35,610 bases of DNA from Candidatus Hadarchaeota archaeon (GTDB lineage Archaea; CAYQAE01; CAYVLA01): positions 1-35,610 of the forward strand of contig CAYVLA010000023.1 of NCBI GenBank assembly GCA_964452145.1, given 5' to 3'. Positions 7,275-16,721 of this stretch are shown here, piece by piece; within the stretch, counting starts at the first letter, position 1, and every line of letters starts with the position of its first letter. The notes under the pieces were generated by a model, which saw only the letters and a list, made by a program, of their open reading frames with translations, was not told the origin of the DNA and made no database searches. The translations under genes were made by a program, and so were the position numbers.

Positions 7275-8696
7275 TTGGCCAGACATAACGTCGTCGTGAT
7301 ACTCTCCGACACGCTGCGCTGGGACGTTCTCGGCGTCAACGGAGGGCCCAGCTGGCTGGGTGTTAAGACTCCCGAACTCGATGCGTTCGCCCGAGAGGCC
7401 GTGTGCTTCGACGGCGCCCGCGTGTCCAGCTTCCCCACTATCCCCATGAGGACGGATTGTTTCTCCGGCAAATTCAGCCACCCCAGGTGCGGATGGCAGC
7501 CGCTTGACCCCTCCCTTCAAACCCTTCCCCAGATATTCCAGGCTGCGGGCTACACGACCCAGCTCATCGCAGATACCACGCATTTGCTCAGGGCCGGCTT
7601 CTGGAAGCCCTTCCGTCACTTCGACTTCCTTCGCGGGCACGAGGGCGATGCCCCAACCAGCAGGCTGAACCAACCCCCGCCCAAGCTGGTGAGGGACAGA
7701 AGGAAGACCAGGGTTGACCTCAACCGCCAGCCGGGCCAGCCCACGGGTGCCGAGATACACGCACAGCAGAACGACTGGTGGCGATACGAATCCGACCGGC
7801 TGAACAGCCGCATCTGCGAGAAGGCCTGCAACTGGCTGGAGGACAACTGGCGGGGAGGCCCCTTCTTCCTCTGGCTGGACTGCTTTGATGTCCACGAACC
7901 ATGGGACCCCCCCGAGTACCTGTGGAGGATGTACCAGCCGGAATACGAGGGGGAACCGATGACACAGCCGAACTACGGCCCTGCGGACGCATACTCCCGG
8001 GAGGAGCTCGCAAACCTCAGGGCCCGCTATGGAGGGGAGGTTACCCTCGTCAGCAAGAACATCGGAAGGGTCCTGAGGATGATGGAGGAAATGGGGCTGA
8101 TGGAGACAACGGTGGTCACCCTGCTTTCGGACCACGGCATCTTCCTTGGGGAACACGGCCGCACGGGAAAGAGCCTCATCGCTCCGGATCGGTTCGATGC
8201 CTTCCCTCAGTACTCCGAGCTGGCTAGGCTGGTGTGGATGATCAGGGCACCGGGCTTTGAGCATCGAAGATGCGAAGGGATAGTGCAGCCGCCGGACCTC
8301 ATGCCCACACTGCTGGAGATCTGCGGTCTCCAGATCCCGGAGGCAGTTGAGGGCAGAAGCCTCCTTCCCATGATGGAGGGAGAGACGGGCGGGCCAGAAC
8401 CCCGCCTCGCGGTCTCGACCTGGACCATGCCAACGCATTTCTCGAAGGAACTCGTATTCTGTCGGAGGCCAGCGGTGACCAATGGCGAGTGGACCCTTAT
8501 ACTGCAAGAACCCCCGGAACCCGAGCCCCCAGAGCTCTACCGCACCAAGGCCGACCCAAAGGAGAAGACCAACCTGATCGGCGAGAATCTCGATCGGGCC
8601 AGACGGCTCCACCGGGAGATGCTGGCCTGGCTTGGCAAGATGGGCACCCCTGCCGAGGCGATCGACCGCCTCGGACGGATCGACTGGCCGTCCTAG
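7275..8696 (+). CDS. Sulfatase/alkaline-phosphatase-superfamily hydrolase
   Basis: ILSDTLRWD, KTPELD, PTIPMR (Thr at the C/SxPxR position), DVHEPWDPP, LSDHG, DLMPT and ELY..DPKEKTNL motifs; no signal peptide. Confidence 0.9.
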   Translation: MARHNVVVILSDTLRWDVLGVNGGPSWLGVKTPELDAFAREAVCFDGARVSSFPTIPMRTDCFSGKFSHPRCGWQPLDPSLQTLPQIFQAAGYTTQLIADTTHLLRAGFWKPFRHFDFLRGHEGDAPTSRLNQPPPKLVRDRRKTRVDLNRQPGQPTGAEIHAQQNDWWRYESDRLNSRICEKACNWLEDNWRGGPFFLWLDCFDVHEPWDPPEYLWRMYQPEYEGEPMTQPNYGPADAYSREELANLRARYGGEVTLVSKNIGRVLRMMEEMGLMETTVVTLLSDHGIFLGEHGRTGKSLIAPDRFDAFPQYSELARLVWMIRAPGFEHRRCEGIVQPPDLMPTLLEICGLQIPEAVEGRSLLPMMEGETGGPEPRLAVSTWTMPTHFSKELVFCRRPAVTNGEWTLILQEPPEPEPPELYRTKADPKEKTNLIGENLDRARRLHREMLAWLGKMGTPAEAIDRLGRIDWPS

Positions 8697-8839
8697 CTAC
8701 AGGCACCTCCTGCTTCCTATGTGCGTCATCCTGCGTGACTCAGGTAAGAAGTACGAGCCCACCAGCAAGGCCTGGGTTCCTCACGAGACCCATCAGGAAT
8801 GCTGTCCCCTCAGGCGGTCCTCGGGGAGGGCTCTGAGGA

Positions 8840-10375
8840 TCAAGCACTCCTGACGCGGGCCATGAGACTGGCAAGCCTTGACTCGATCTGGTGAAGCGGC
8901 CAAGGAATGGATTGTCGGGATGCCCACGAGTCCACCCACCGAATTGCCTTCCCCTCACCGGCCACTGAGGCGTTCAGCTGATACGAGAAGAACTCGGCAA
9001 CGTTGCTCCTCGGCTGAAACTCCTCGGGTGATATCGTCATCAGCCCCTGTTGCTCAAGGAATATGTGTAGATCCCAATGCTCGGCGGGCGTTAGGATGAT
9101 GGACGCGGCTTTGGCTGTCTTCAGATCTGTGTAGGTGGCATTTCCTTCACTGTCAAGCACCAGCTTCTCGTCGAAGCCGGCGATGCCTCCGGTTCTGGCA
9201 AACAACAGCCCCAGGTCGGGCCGACTGGAGTTCAGCCATATCTCGGCTCCGTCCGTCTGCAGAGGCTTGGCCCTCCAGACCAAGCTGATGAAGCACCTGC
9301 CGCTCGCCGGGTATCCGGGTGCTCCGGTTTTAGGATCGATCAATGAGAGGTCCCAGGTCAGGGACTCCCTTCTAGCCTCCCCCGGGCCAAGCCTGATCTG
9401 CTCGACATACTCTGCAAATGCCCGGCCCCAGCTCCATGCCCCCTTCTCTCTGCCAGAGGCATCGTGCAGAACGAGGTCAAAGAATGGGGGGCCAGCCTCC
9501 GCATGATAATCCTTGTGTCCCTGATTCTCCAACGAGAACCTGAAGGTGAGTGCACGGCCGGCCATGAGATGATCCCCGGGCAGAAGCAAGGTGAGCCTCA
9601 GATCGTCATGGACAACGGATGCCAGCTCGGGGCCGACAACGGTCTTCCCCGTAGCCTTGCCTTCCCGGTCGGCGTTGAAGGCAACGACCATCAGCTCCAC
9701 GGGCTCTATGTACCATTCCAGGGGACCCTCGTAGCAGGCCCGGTGGGCAAAGACGACCAGTAGGTCATCGTTCCGACATGTCGCGGTGACCGCGGTGCCA
9801 ACCGAGTTGTATGCCTTTGGATCCAGAACTCCCAACGCGAGTCTGAGCTTGGTCTCTAGCAACTTCCGATCCTGATCGAAGGTTGTGGCAAGATCGGTGA
9901 GAAGGCTCGGCCAGCCCAGATCCTGCACGCGTTCGACCGATGATATGACCACATTGCCAGCAACGGGGTATGGACCGTCACCCACGGGGTCGATCCAGGG
10001 CTCGACAACGAGGTCTGCGAGCACGAAGGGCTCATCTTGCGATAGCCGTATGCCGAGTTCACTGAGATCGTCCATGGAGAGGAAATGCTGCGAATCCTTT
10101 GACCTCAGGTGGAAGTAGTGTTCACCAACGTACATCCGAGGCACGATGCCTTGTCCCCGGACCTTTCCCGCAATCAGAGAGGTCTCGATGGCGATTACCG
10201 CGGTCACCCTACCCTGGAGGAGGATCTCTTCCCCGAGCGAGAAGGTGTACCGGCCGTATCGATGCTCGGGGACCGGTCTCTCCCGGGCCGACCCCAGGTA
10301 GACAAACAGCACCAGTCCCACGCAGGTCATTGCGAAGGTCAGAATGGCCGCTATCGAACCGGCCTTGGGCGACAT
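8840..10375 (-). CDS. Membrane-anchored protein with BsuPI-like and emfourin-like protease-inhibitor domains
   Basis: N-terminal TM helix; FDLVLHDASGREKGAWSWGRAF...LGPGE...LTWD (BsuPI-like); FARTGGIAG...AEFFSYQL...IRWVD...P..L (emfourin-like). Confidence 0.65.
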   Translation of the reverse strand: MSPKAGSIAAILTFAMTCVGLVLFVYLGSARERPVPEHRYGRYTFSLGEEILLQGRVTAVIAIETSLIAGKVRGQGIVPRMYVGEHYFHLRSKDSQHFLSMDDLSELGIRLSQDEPFVLADLVVEPWIDPVGDGPYPVAGNVVISSVERVQDLGWPSLLTDLATTFDQDRKLLETKLRLALGVLDPKAYNSVGTAVTATCRNDDLLVVFAHRACYEGPLEWYIEPVELMVVAFNADREGKATGKTVVGPELASVVHDDLRLTLLLPGDHLMAGRALTFRFSLENQGHKDYHAEAGPPFFDLVLHDASGREKGAWSWGRAFAEYVEQIRLGPGEARRESLTWDLSLIDPKTGAPGYPASGRCFISLVWRAKPLQTDGAEIWLNSSRPDLGLLFARTGGIAGFDEKLVLDSEGNATYTDLKTAKAASIILTPAEHWDLHIFLEQQGLMTISPEEFQPRSNVAEFFSYQLNASVAGEGKAIRWVDSWASRQSIPWPLHQIESRLASLMARVRSA

Positions 10376-10531
10376 CTCATCAACTTCCTAGTCTTCACTT
10401 ACCCGAAACAACAGAAAAGCCTTGCCTGAAACGATTCCTCCATGGATGGAACCCGAGAAGGGCACAATCCACGTGGGCACATCCACATAGGCATGGTGAG
10501 AGATTTATGCAATCGGTCGAACCCGGTTGGG

Positions 10532-11773
10532 TTGCGTCCCCTCAGAGTCCTGCTCATAGCCGTGTTGGCACTCGTCCTGATAGTTCGGCCCGTGCTGAGC
10601 CGGGAGCCCCGCCGGGACCCGTCCTCCAAGAGGATAAGGATCCTGTACTACGGGGACGCCTTCGGCATGAGCCCCTTTCCGACTTTCTCGGCCGATCCTC
10701 TGACGACAGCCGTGGCGCTCACCGGCATGACGGGAACCCAGCTGGAGATAGACAAGAAGATGAGGATCTTCATGCCCCGGACCTACAAGGACCTGTTGGA
10801 CCGATACGACCTCATCATCATGAGCGATGCCGTGGTCCAGAATTTTAGGCCCGAGTTCATCCAGTGGTTCAGGGACTCCGTGATCGACGAGGGCCTCGGC
10901 CTCCTCATGATCGGCGGGTACGGAAGCTTCGGCGGCACGCCGTTCCTCGAATCCCCCTGGGGGGACACCGTCCTGCAGGACGCACTGCCGGTCATCTGCA
11001 CGCCCCGGGGATGGGACATGGGCGATCAGTCGGCCTCGGAGGCGGGCAGACTCGTTATCGTGGCATGGGATGATCCACTGATTCGATCACTCCCCTTCGA
11101 CTCCATCGGCCCATACGGCGTCTTCCACGGGGTAAACATCGTCGAACTCAAGCAGACCTCCCGGCTTCTGGCCAACTACCGGAAGAGCTGGGGGAAGATC
11201 TACCCTCTGCTGGTTTACGAGGAGATCGGGAAAGGCGGATCCTTCGCCATGACCTCCGACTGGACTCCCTATGGCGGGATCGATTTCATCAAGTGGCCCT
11301 ACTACGGGGACTTCGCCCTCAACGTGGTCTCCTACACCACCGGCAATAGCGTTCCCCAAGACGTCGAGCTTGCCCACAGGGCCAGGATTCTCATGCGGGA
11401 CTACAGAAGCGTCTTGGAGACGCTGCAGAGCGTGATGGAGTTCGTCTCCAAGTTCGGCGCCAACACTAGAGAAGCCGAGATGATGATAGCCGGCATAGAC
11501 AAGGCCCAAAAAGCCGGAAAGGATGCATACATCGAGGCCGACCTGGAGGCGGCCAACACATATCTGCAACAGGCCATGGACGACCTGGCCCGTGCGTCGG
11601 AGCGCATCTGGAGGCTGAAGGATGAGGCCCTCTTCTGGGTCTATGTAACCGAATGGCTCGTGGTATCCGCGACGGGAATGATCTGTGGTTTCACCCTCTG
11701 GACCGTGATGGTGAGACGAAGGCTTTACCGGGAGATAGGCGTCACCAGGCTCCAACAGACCGAGAATCGGTGA
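10532..11773 (+). CDS. Secreted, C-terminally anchored GATase1-like (DUF1355-like) protein, paralog 1
   Basis: Signal peptide; YDLIIMSDA, GLLMIGGYGSFGG and WGDTVLQDALPV motifs; helical region, TM helix and basic tail. Start re-called to TTG 10532, 22 nt after TTTATG; ATG 10493 is an alternative. Confidence 0.8.
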   Translation: MRPLRVLLIAVLALVLIVRPVLSREPRRDPSSKRIRILYYGDAFGMSPFPTFSADPLTTAVALTGMTGTQLEIDKKMRIFMPRTYKDLLDRYDLIIMSDAVVQNFRPEFIQWFRDSVIDEGLGLLMIGGYGSFGGTPFLESPWGDTVLQDALPVICTPRGWDMGDQSASEAGRLVIVAWDDPLIRSLPFDSIGPYGVFHGVNIVELKQTSRLLANYRKSWGKIYPLLVYEEIGKGGSFAMTSDWTPYGGIDFIKWPYYGDFALNVVSYTTGNSVPQDVELAHRARILMRDYRSVLETLQSVMEFVSKFGANTREAEMMIAGIDKAQKAGKDAYIEADLEAANTYLQQAMDDLARASERIWRLKDEALFWVYVTEWLVVSATGMICGFTLWTVMVRRRLYREIGVTRLQQTENR

Positions 11774-11839
11774 CTGGACGGGTAGTCAAGCCACGAGATT
11801 TAAGAGATACCGGCGCATCCGCCCGCCTGAGGGAAAGGA

Positions 11840-12340
11840 ATGGTGGACATTGCGATCGCAACAGGCCTGATCACCGTCTTCATTGGGCTGGGCCTTGCCT
11901 TCCTGGGAAGAAAGGTTGTGAAGATCCTGATCTTCCTAGGGGCCGGCCTTGCCGGGGCAAACATCGCCCTGCATTTCCTCCAGCCCCGCTTTGATCAGCC
12001 AATTCCGCTGATTGGAGCGTTCGTGGGCTTCCTGGTTCTGGGCTTCCTGAGCCTCATGATCCTGAAATTCATGTTCGGACTCATGCTTGGAATAGCAGGA
12101 TTCATGATAGCCGCCATGATCACTGGGAACCAGATCCTCGCCATCCTGGTGGGGATCATCGTTTTCGTCATAGGGCTGTTCCTGTTCAAGTACTATCTCT
12201 CCTTGGCCACCGCGTTCGCTGGCGGAGTCCTAGTGCTCATGGGTCTTGAGCGCATAGGGCTGGCGAGGCCGATCTCGCTTCTCATCGCCCTTGTCATCGG
12301 ACTGTTGGGAGCATATGTGCAGTTCAAGCAACTTCACTAA
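11840..12340 (+). CDS. Multi-pass membrane protein (DUF4203/TMEM198-like)
   Basis: About 6 Gly-rich hydrophobic helices; GLGLAFLGRKVVK, ATAFAGG and LGAYVQ motifs. Confidence 0.75.
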   Translation: MVDIAIATGLITVFIGLGLAFLGRKVVKILIFLGAGLAGANIALHFLQPRFDQPIPLIGAFVGFLVLGFLSLMILKFMFGLMLGIAGFMIAAMITGNQILAILVGIIVFVIGLFLFKYYLSLATAFAGGVLVLMGLERIGLARPISLLIALVIGLLGAYVQFKQLH

Positions 12341-12429
12341 TGGTTTGGGCAACGCGGTACTGCCTGGATTGGGGTGGGCGAGGGGAAGACGGAGACTCAA
12401 TGGCGGGCTCTCCCGCAGGAGGCCATTGG

Positions 12430-13326
12430 TTGAGGGAAGGTGGATCTTTCAAGTTAGGCATGGGCCAGATGCTCGTCGAGGGAGGCAAGCTAGATGCCAA
12501 CCTTGAGCGAGCGGTCGCAATGGTCAAGAACGCCTCAAGCAAAGGCTGCTCGGTCGTCGTTCTTCCGGAATGCCTCGATCTGGGGTGGACCCACCCGAGC
12601 GCCCGTACCGCGGCCCAGCCCATCCCGGGTCCGACTTCGGATGTGATCGTTCAGGCAGCCAGGGATCACTCCGTGTACGTCGCCGCCGGGTTGACCGAGA
12701 AGTGGAGGAACCGGATCTACAACTCGGCCATACTCGCCTCCCCCCGCGGCCAGATCCTGGCCAAGCACCGCAAGATCAACATTCTGAGCATAGCCCAGGA
12801 TCTGTACTCCATAGGCGATCGCCTGGGCGTTGTGGAAACGCCGTTGGCCACGATTGGGATCGACATCTGCGCCGACAACTTCCCGAACTCCCTTGTCTTC
12901 GCCCACTCCCTGGCCAGGATGGGATGCAACCTCCTTCTATCACCGTCGGCCTGGGCCGTCGACGCGGACTACGACAATGCGAAGAACCCCTATGGAGGGA
13001 CGTGGAAGCAGGGCTACTGCCTATTGGGCAGGCTCTACGACCTGACGACGGTGGGCGTGAGCAACGTGGGATGGATGACGGCCGGACCATGGGAGGGCAG
13101 GAAATGCATAGGGTGCTCGCTGGCCATAGGGCCGGGCGGCGAGATCCTCGCCCAGGGCCCCTACGGGGAGGATGCAGAGGAGCTGGTGGTCGTGGAGGTC
13201 AAGCCGGCAAGGCCACCGGTCAAGGGGACCAACATCGCCGGTATGCTCAGGGAGAGGGGATACGATATAGACGGCATCCTCACAGACAAGGGCTACTACC
13301 GCCTAGATTCGGCGCCTTCCCGGTGA
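12430..13326 (+). CDS. Carbon-nitrogen hydrolase (nitrilase superfamily)
   Basis: Glu-Lys-Cys triad in VVLPEC, HRKIN and ICADNF; YNSA and GCSL motifs. Start is TTG 12430 after GGAGG; ATG 12400 is an alternative. Confidence 0.9.
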   Translation: MREGGSFKLGMGQMLVEGGKLDANLERAVAMVKNASSKGCSVVVLPECLDLGWTHPSARTAAQPIPGPTSDVIVQAARDHSVYVAAGLTEKWRNRIYNSAILASPRGQILAKHRKINILSIAQDLYSIGDRLGVVETPLATIGIDICADNFPNSLVFAHSLARMGCNLLLSPSAWAVDADYDNAKNPYGGTWKQGYCLLGRLYDLTTVGVSNVGWMTAGPWEGRKCIGCSLAIGPGGEILAQGPYGEDAEELVVVEVKPARPPVKGTNIAGMLRERGYDIDGILTDKGYYRLDSAPSR

Positions 13327-13480
13327 TCGACGCGACGCAGCGAAGACAACACCCCGGTCACTCATATCTTTGGTGGGACTGGGACCTTGGCGAATTTGAA
13401 GACGCTGTGGATAGGTTCGAAGCCCCGTTGGCTATCGACAACCCTGCATGTGGGGGTCCCAGGGAAGGGCGCAGCCCGTC

Positions 13481-13663
13481 CTATCCGGCAGCTTGGCGGT
13501 TTTTCCTCCTTAGCCGCTCCTGGGGATACTGAGAGGTGTCCCTTGCATCCGTACACATCCCGAGTTCGTCCACCGTGATCTCGGGCTTGCCACATCGGCC
13601 GTCACTGTTGTACCGGCAGCGCAGTTTGAAGCACTTAACCTTCAACAATCTCCCTTGAACCAT
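13481..13663 (-). CDS. Small Cys-rich protein (DUF1540-like)
   Basis: VKC-x4-CRYN-x4-C-x4-ITV-x5-C pattern; AT-rich CTTAAC upstream. Confidence 0.65.
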   Translation of the reverse strand: MVQGRLLKVKCFKLRCRYNSDGRCGKPEITVDELGMCTDARDTSQYPQERLRRKNRQAAG

Positions 13664-13899
13664 AGGTGGGCGGATCAGTTAAGTCTTTCCCACTGCCCCC
13701 GCCATGCGATTAGCCTGCCCACAATGCAATCTGGCGCCCGTTCAGCTTGAGGTCAGGTCGGCAAGATCTCAGACCAGCCACGCCACGCTTGAAGCTGCCC
13801 TTCCCAAGATTGCAGGTTCCGTTCGCCTGCCCAGCTCTGGCACAACGATCAGTTATCAAGGTCAGACAATGATGATCGAGCGTAGGGGCAACTCCGCCC

Positions 13900-15060
13900 A
13901 TGCTATCGTCTAACGAGAGAACGATCCGGACCATCTGCCACGAGGAGCCCGATGCAGTTCCCGTATTCGAGCCCTACGGCGTCCTTCCACCAACCGCCGA
14001 TATTGTTCTCGGCAGGCCCTGCATCGCAACCAGCGAATTCAGATGCGTAAGGCTCTTTGTGAAGAAGGGGGAGGAGAGATGTAGGGCGAGCGTAAGAAGG
14101 GATTGGATCGATCTGGTGCGGAGGCTGGGCTTCGACGCAGCACCCCTCATGCCCGGCACCCCGACATCCACAAGCCCGCCCAGATTGTTGGGCGACCACG
14201 CATGGTCGGTGGGCGATGCCGTATACAAGCATGATCCGACCACCGGCACAACCATCGAGGTCGAGTCCAAGATCAAGAGCGAAGGCATCCCGGCCCTCAA
14301 GGAGCACGTCGAAAACCTGGAGAATGAAACGGACGACGAGATAGAGCAGGCCGTGAACGATCAGACAGATGAGGCCCTGATCAAAGCCTGGAGAAGGCTC
14401 GGAGTTCTGGTCTACGCAGGCTGCGGAACCGTGCCGGTGCGGGCAAGCTGGCTTCCCCTGTTCGTGGCATGCTTTGCTGGCCGTCAGGACCTCATCAGAC
14501 GCTACCTGAAGCAGAGAACGAGGCGAACCGTCATCGCGGGGAGAATCGCGGCGGATCTGGGGGCCGAACTGATGTTCATCGGGGGTGACATTGCCTTCAA
14601 CGAGGGACCGATGGTATCGCCCAAGCAGTACCATGATCTGATCCTCCCCGAGATGAGGGCCCAGGCCGCCGCCATGCACAGGGAAGGCATCTTCTGCTTC
14701 ATCTCCTCCGACGGGAACCTCTGGCCCATCATCGACGATTACCTCATGAACTCCGGGGTTGACGGAATGATGGAGATCCAGGTTACCGCCGGGATGGACC
14801 CTGCCAGACTGAAGGAACGCTATGGCGACAGGATCTGCTTCATCGGCAGCGTGGATTGCCAGTTCACCATGGTCAGCGGTAAGCCCGCACAGGTGGCCCA
14901 AGAGACCGCGAAAGCGCTGGAAACCCTCTCGCCGGGGGGAGGACACATACTGAGCTCAAGCAACAGCATTCACAGTGGAGTGAAGCCGGAAAACTTCTTC
15001 GCGATGCTGGGGACCGCGAGAAAGACGGGGCAATACGGCAGATCTGGAAAGATCGGGTGA
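13900..15060 (+). CDS. Uroporphyrinogen decarboxylase/MtaA-CmuA-like protein, paralog 2
   Basis: SSNER..EEPDAVP, GGDIAFNEGPMVSP, ISSDGN, AGMD, IGSVD and GGHILSSSNSIH motifs. Confidence 0.88.
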   Translation: MLSSNERTIRTICHEEPDAVPVFEPYGVLPPTADIVLGRPCIATSEFRCVRLFVKKGEERCRASVRRDWIDLVRRLGFDAAPLMPGTPTSTSPPRLLGDHAWSVGDAVYKHDPTTGTTIEVESKIKSEGIPALKEHVENLENETDDEIEQAVNDQTDEALIKAWRRLGVLVYAGCGTVPVRASWLPLFVACFAGRQDLIRRYLKQRTRRTVIAGRIAADLGAELMFIGGDIAFNEGPMVSPKQYHDLILPEMRAQAAAMHREGIFCFISSDGNLWPIIDDYLMNSGVDGMMEIQVTAGMDPARLKERYGDRICFIGSVDCQFTMVSGKPAQVAQETAKALETLSPGGGHILSSSNSIHSGVKPENFFAMLGTARKTGQYGRSGKIG

Positions 15061-15124
15061 CTGGCCCACGTCGTCTGCGTCTACCCGCGCCCCGTCAAAC
15101 TGCAGGTACGAACGGAAGCATAGA

Positions 15125-16279
15125 TTACCTCACGGCCTTCCACTTCCACGTGGGCGGCTCGGAGTAGGTAAAACCAATCCTCTCGCCAGGCTCCAGGATG
15201 AAGGCCTGGCCAGCGGAAAGATCTGCGGAGAATTGCTCAACAACTCCGTCTGCGTCCGTTTCAATCCACCCGTCGACCCTGCCTGGATGCAGAATGCGGG
15301 CCAGTACCGTGTATGGGAGACGGTTCACCACCTCCTCGCCGGAGGCAGGAACACCAGGGGTCTCCACCGAAAAACCGATCGGACCGGAGGGAATGATCCG
15401 GTTGGTGGGATGGATGGCATTGTTGGTGAACCCATCGGCAAGCTTCACGCCGATGATCAGATTATCCCTGGCGGTTTCCTCGAAGATGACGTTTTGTCCA
15501 CAAGCGTGGCCGTGGGCGCAGATCGTCAGAAGGTTGCTATGCCCGAAGACCTGCACACCCCTTGCCCCTGGCAGATCGCCCGAGACGCTTGCCTTGATCG
15601 TGTTCCCCCAGACATCGGGGGACCTAGAATCGCCGATTTCGACGCCCAGATTGGTCAGGTGAATCCAGGTCGCTTCAATGTCGTTCCCACTGCACCCCGT
15701 CGACAGATGGACGCCCACGTCGCAAGCATTGATTTCGCCAATCCGGACCACGTTCCCCGCGATGGCTCCGGCCGATCCGTCCATCATGAGACCTGTGCTC
15801 TTCTGCACGGCGCCGCGTTTCCCCCACACATCACCGGCCCCGACGAGTCCGTTGAGTTGAAACGTGCTTGCCACCGCGCAGCACAGATCGTCCGGGCCCT
15901 TGGAGGAAGGGTATATGCGGACGACCGCCCCGGGCGACCGGGCGTTTACGACCAACCCGAGTTTTATCCTGCAGTTCATCTGGCTGTCGATTACCACGCC
16001 ATCTCCCGCCTTCGGAACATAGGTCAACCAGTACTCTCCCCCGTCGATCCGCCAGTTCTGGTTCCACGGGATCCTCAGCGTCTCCTCCAGTTGGTAGCCG
16101 ACGCCTCCTTTGAACGGTTCGGTCAGACCACCGCCCGAGATGTAGAGATCCCTCCTGTTGGCCTTGGCATAGTCCAGCGCCTCCTGGATGCCGCCGGTCT
16201 TGGTGCCTTCGGTCTTAGGCCCGAAGTCTCCACCATCCTCGGGGCCACCGGGCGTTACCAAGACGTATCCCCTTCTCAT
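15125..16279 (-). CDS. Right-handed beta-helix (pectin-lyase-like) protein of unknown function
   Basis: TGGIQEALDYA cap helix; repeated Asn/Gly/Ile strands (GNVVRI, GNDIEA, GNTIKA, SNLLTI, DNLII); small C-terminal beta domain. Start re-called to ATG 16279 after GGAGG. Confidence 0.7.
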   Translation of the reverse strand: MRRGYVLVTPGGPEDGGDFGPKTEGTKTGGIQEALDYAKANRRDLYISGGGLTEPFKGGVGYQLEETLRIPWNQNWRIDGGEYWLTYVPKAGDGVVIDSQMNCRIKLGLVVNARSPGAVVRIYPSSKGPDDLCCAVASTFQLNGLVGAGDVWGKRGAVQKSTGLMMDGSAGAIAGNVVRIGEINACDVGVHLSTGCSGNDIEATWIHLTNLGVEIGDSRSPDVWGNTIKASVSGDLPGARGVQVFGHSNLLTICAHGHACGQNVIFEETARDNLIIGVKLADGFTNNAIHPTNRIIPSGPIGFSVETPGVPASGEEVVNRLPYTVLARILHPGRVDGWIETDADGVVEQFSADLSAGQAFILEPGERIGFTYSEPPTWKWKAVR

Positions 16280-16421
16280 CGTTGCCTCCGGTTCCGACAA
16301 CACACTCCTCTCCTGCTGCTGGCCGAGCGTCTTGGGACAACCCAACCGGGATCGATACGTCCGACGATCCGCGAGTGCCCTGCGTCGCCTAGAGCGCCAT
16401 CCCTCGCAAGGCCCGCTTCAT

Positions 16422-16721
16422 TTACCGCTTGAGCCTCCACCTGTCCTGCTAGCCCTGGCGCTTTCCCAAGACGTAGTCGAACTCATCGCCGGCCATCTCG
16501 ACTATCCTCAAAGTCTTCTCAAGCACGTCGGCCTGTCTGTACCTCCTACATTCGGTTGCGTACTTGTTGAGATCAATCTTCCCGCTGTTGAGCAAGGACA
16601 GGATGTCGCATCTATCCTTGAGCCCTTTGAGGCCGCCTGACCGCCCCTCCGCCGCTCGAACTTTGAGCAACTCTTGGAGTCGCTTCCCGCAGGATCCCAA
16701 GGCCGGATCGGGCTTCGCCAA
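16422..16721 (-). pseudogene. C-terminal remnant of a nucleotidyltransferase-like (AbiEii-like) protein
   Basis: LLKVRAAEGRSGGLKGLKDRCDILSLL resembles the K...R...KD..D helix of this superfamily. The N-terminal GG/DxD domain is absent and there is an internal TAG at 16449-16451. Confidence 0.45.

Noticed and set aside
7230..8612. 460-aa antisense ORF over the sulfatase-like gene (likewise 13903-14946, 15233-16432, 18369-19292, 22595-23503, 26304-27446, 30125-30979)
   Set aside because: These are shadow ORFs expected opposite high-GC3 genes. They show no family motifs, while the opposite strand has clear ones.
12570..13532. 320-aa alternative-frame ORF overlapping the nitrilase
   Set aside because: Arg/Gly/Pro-rich off-frame translation with no motifs.
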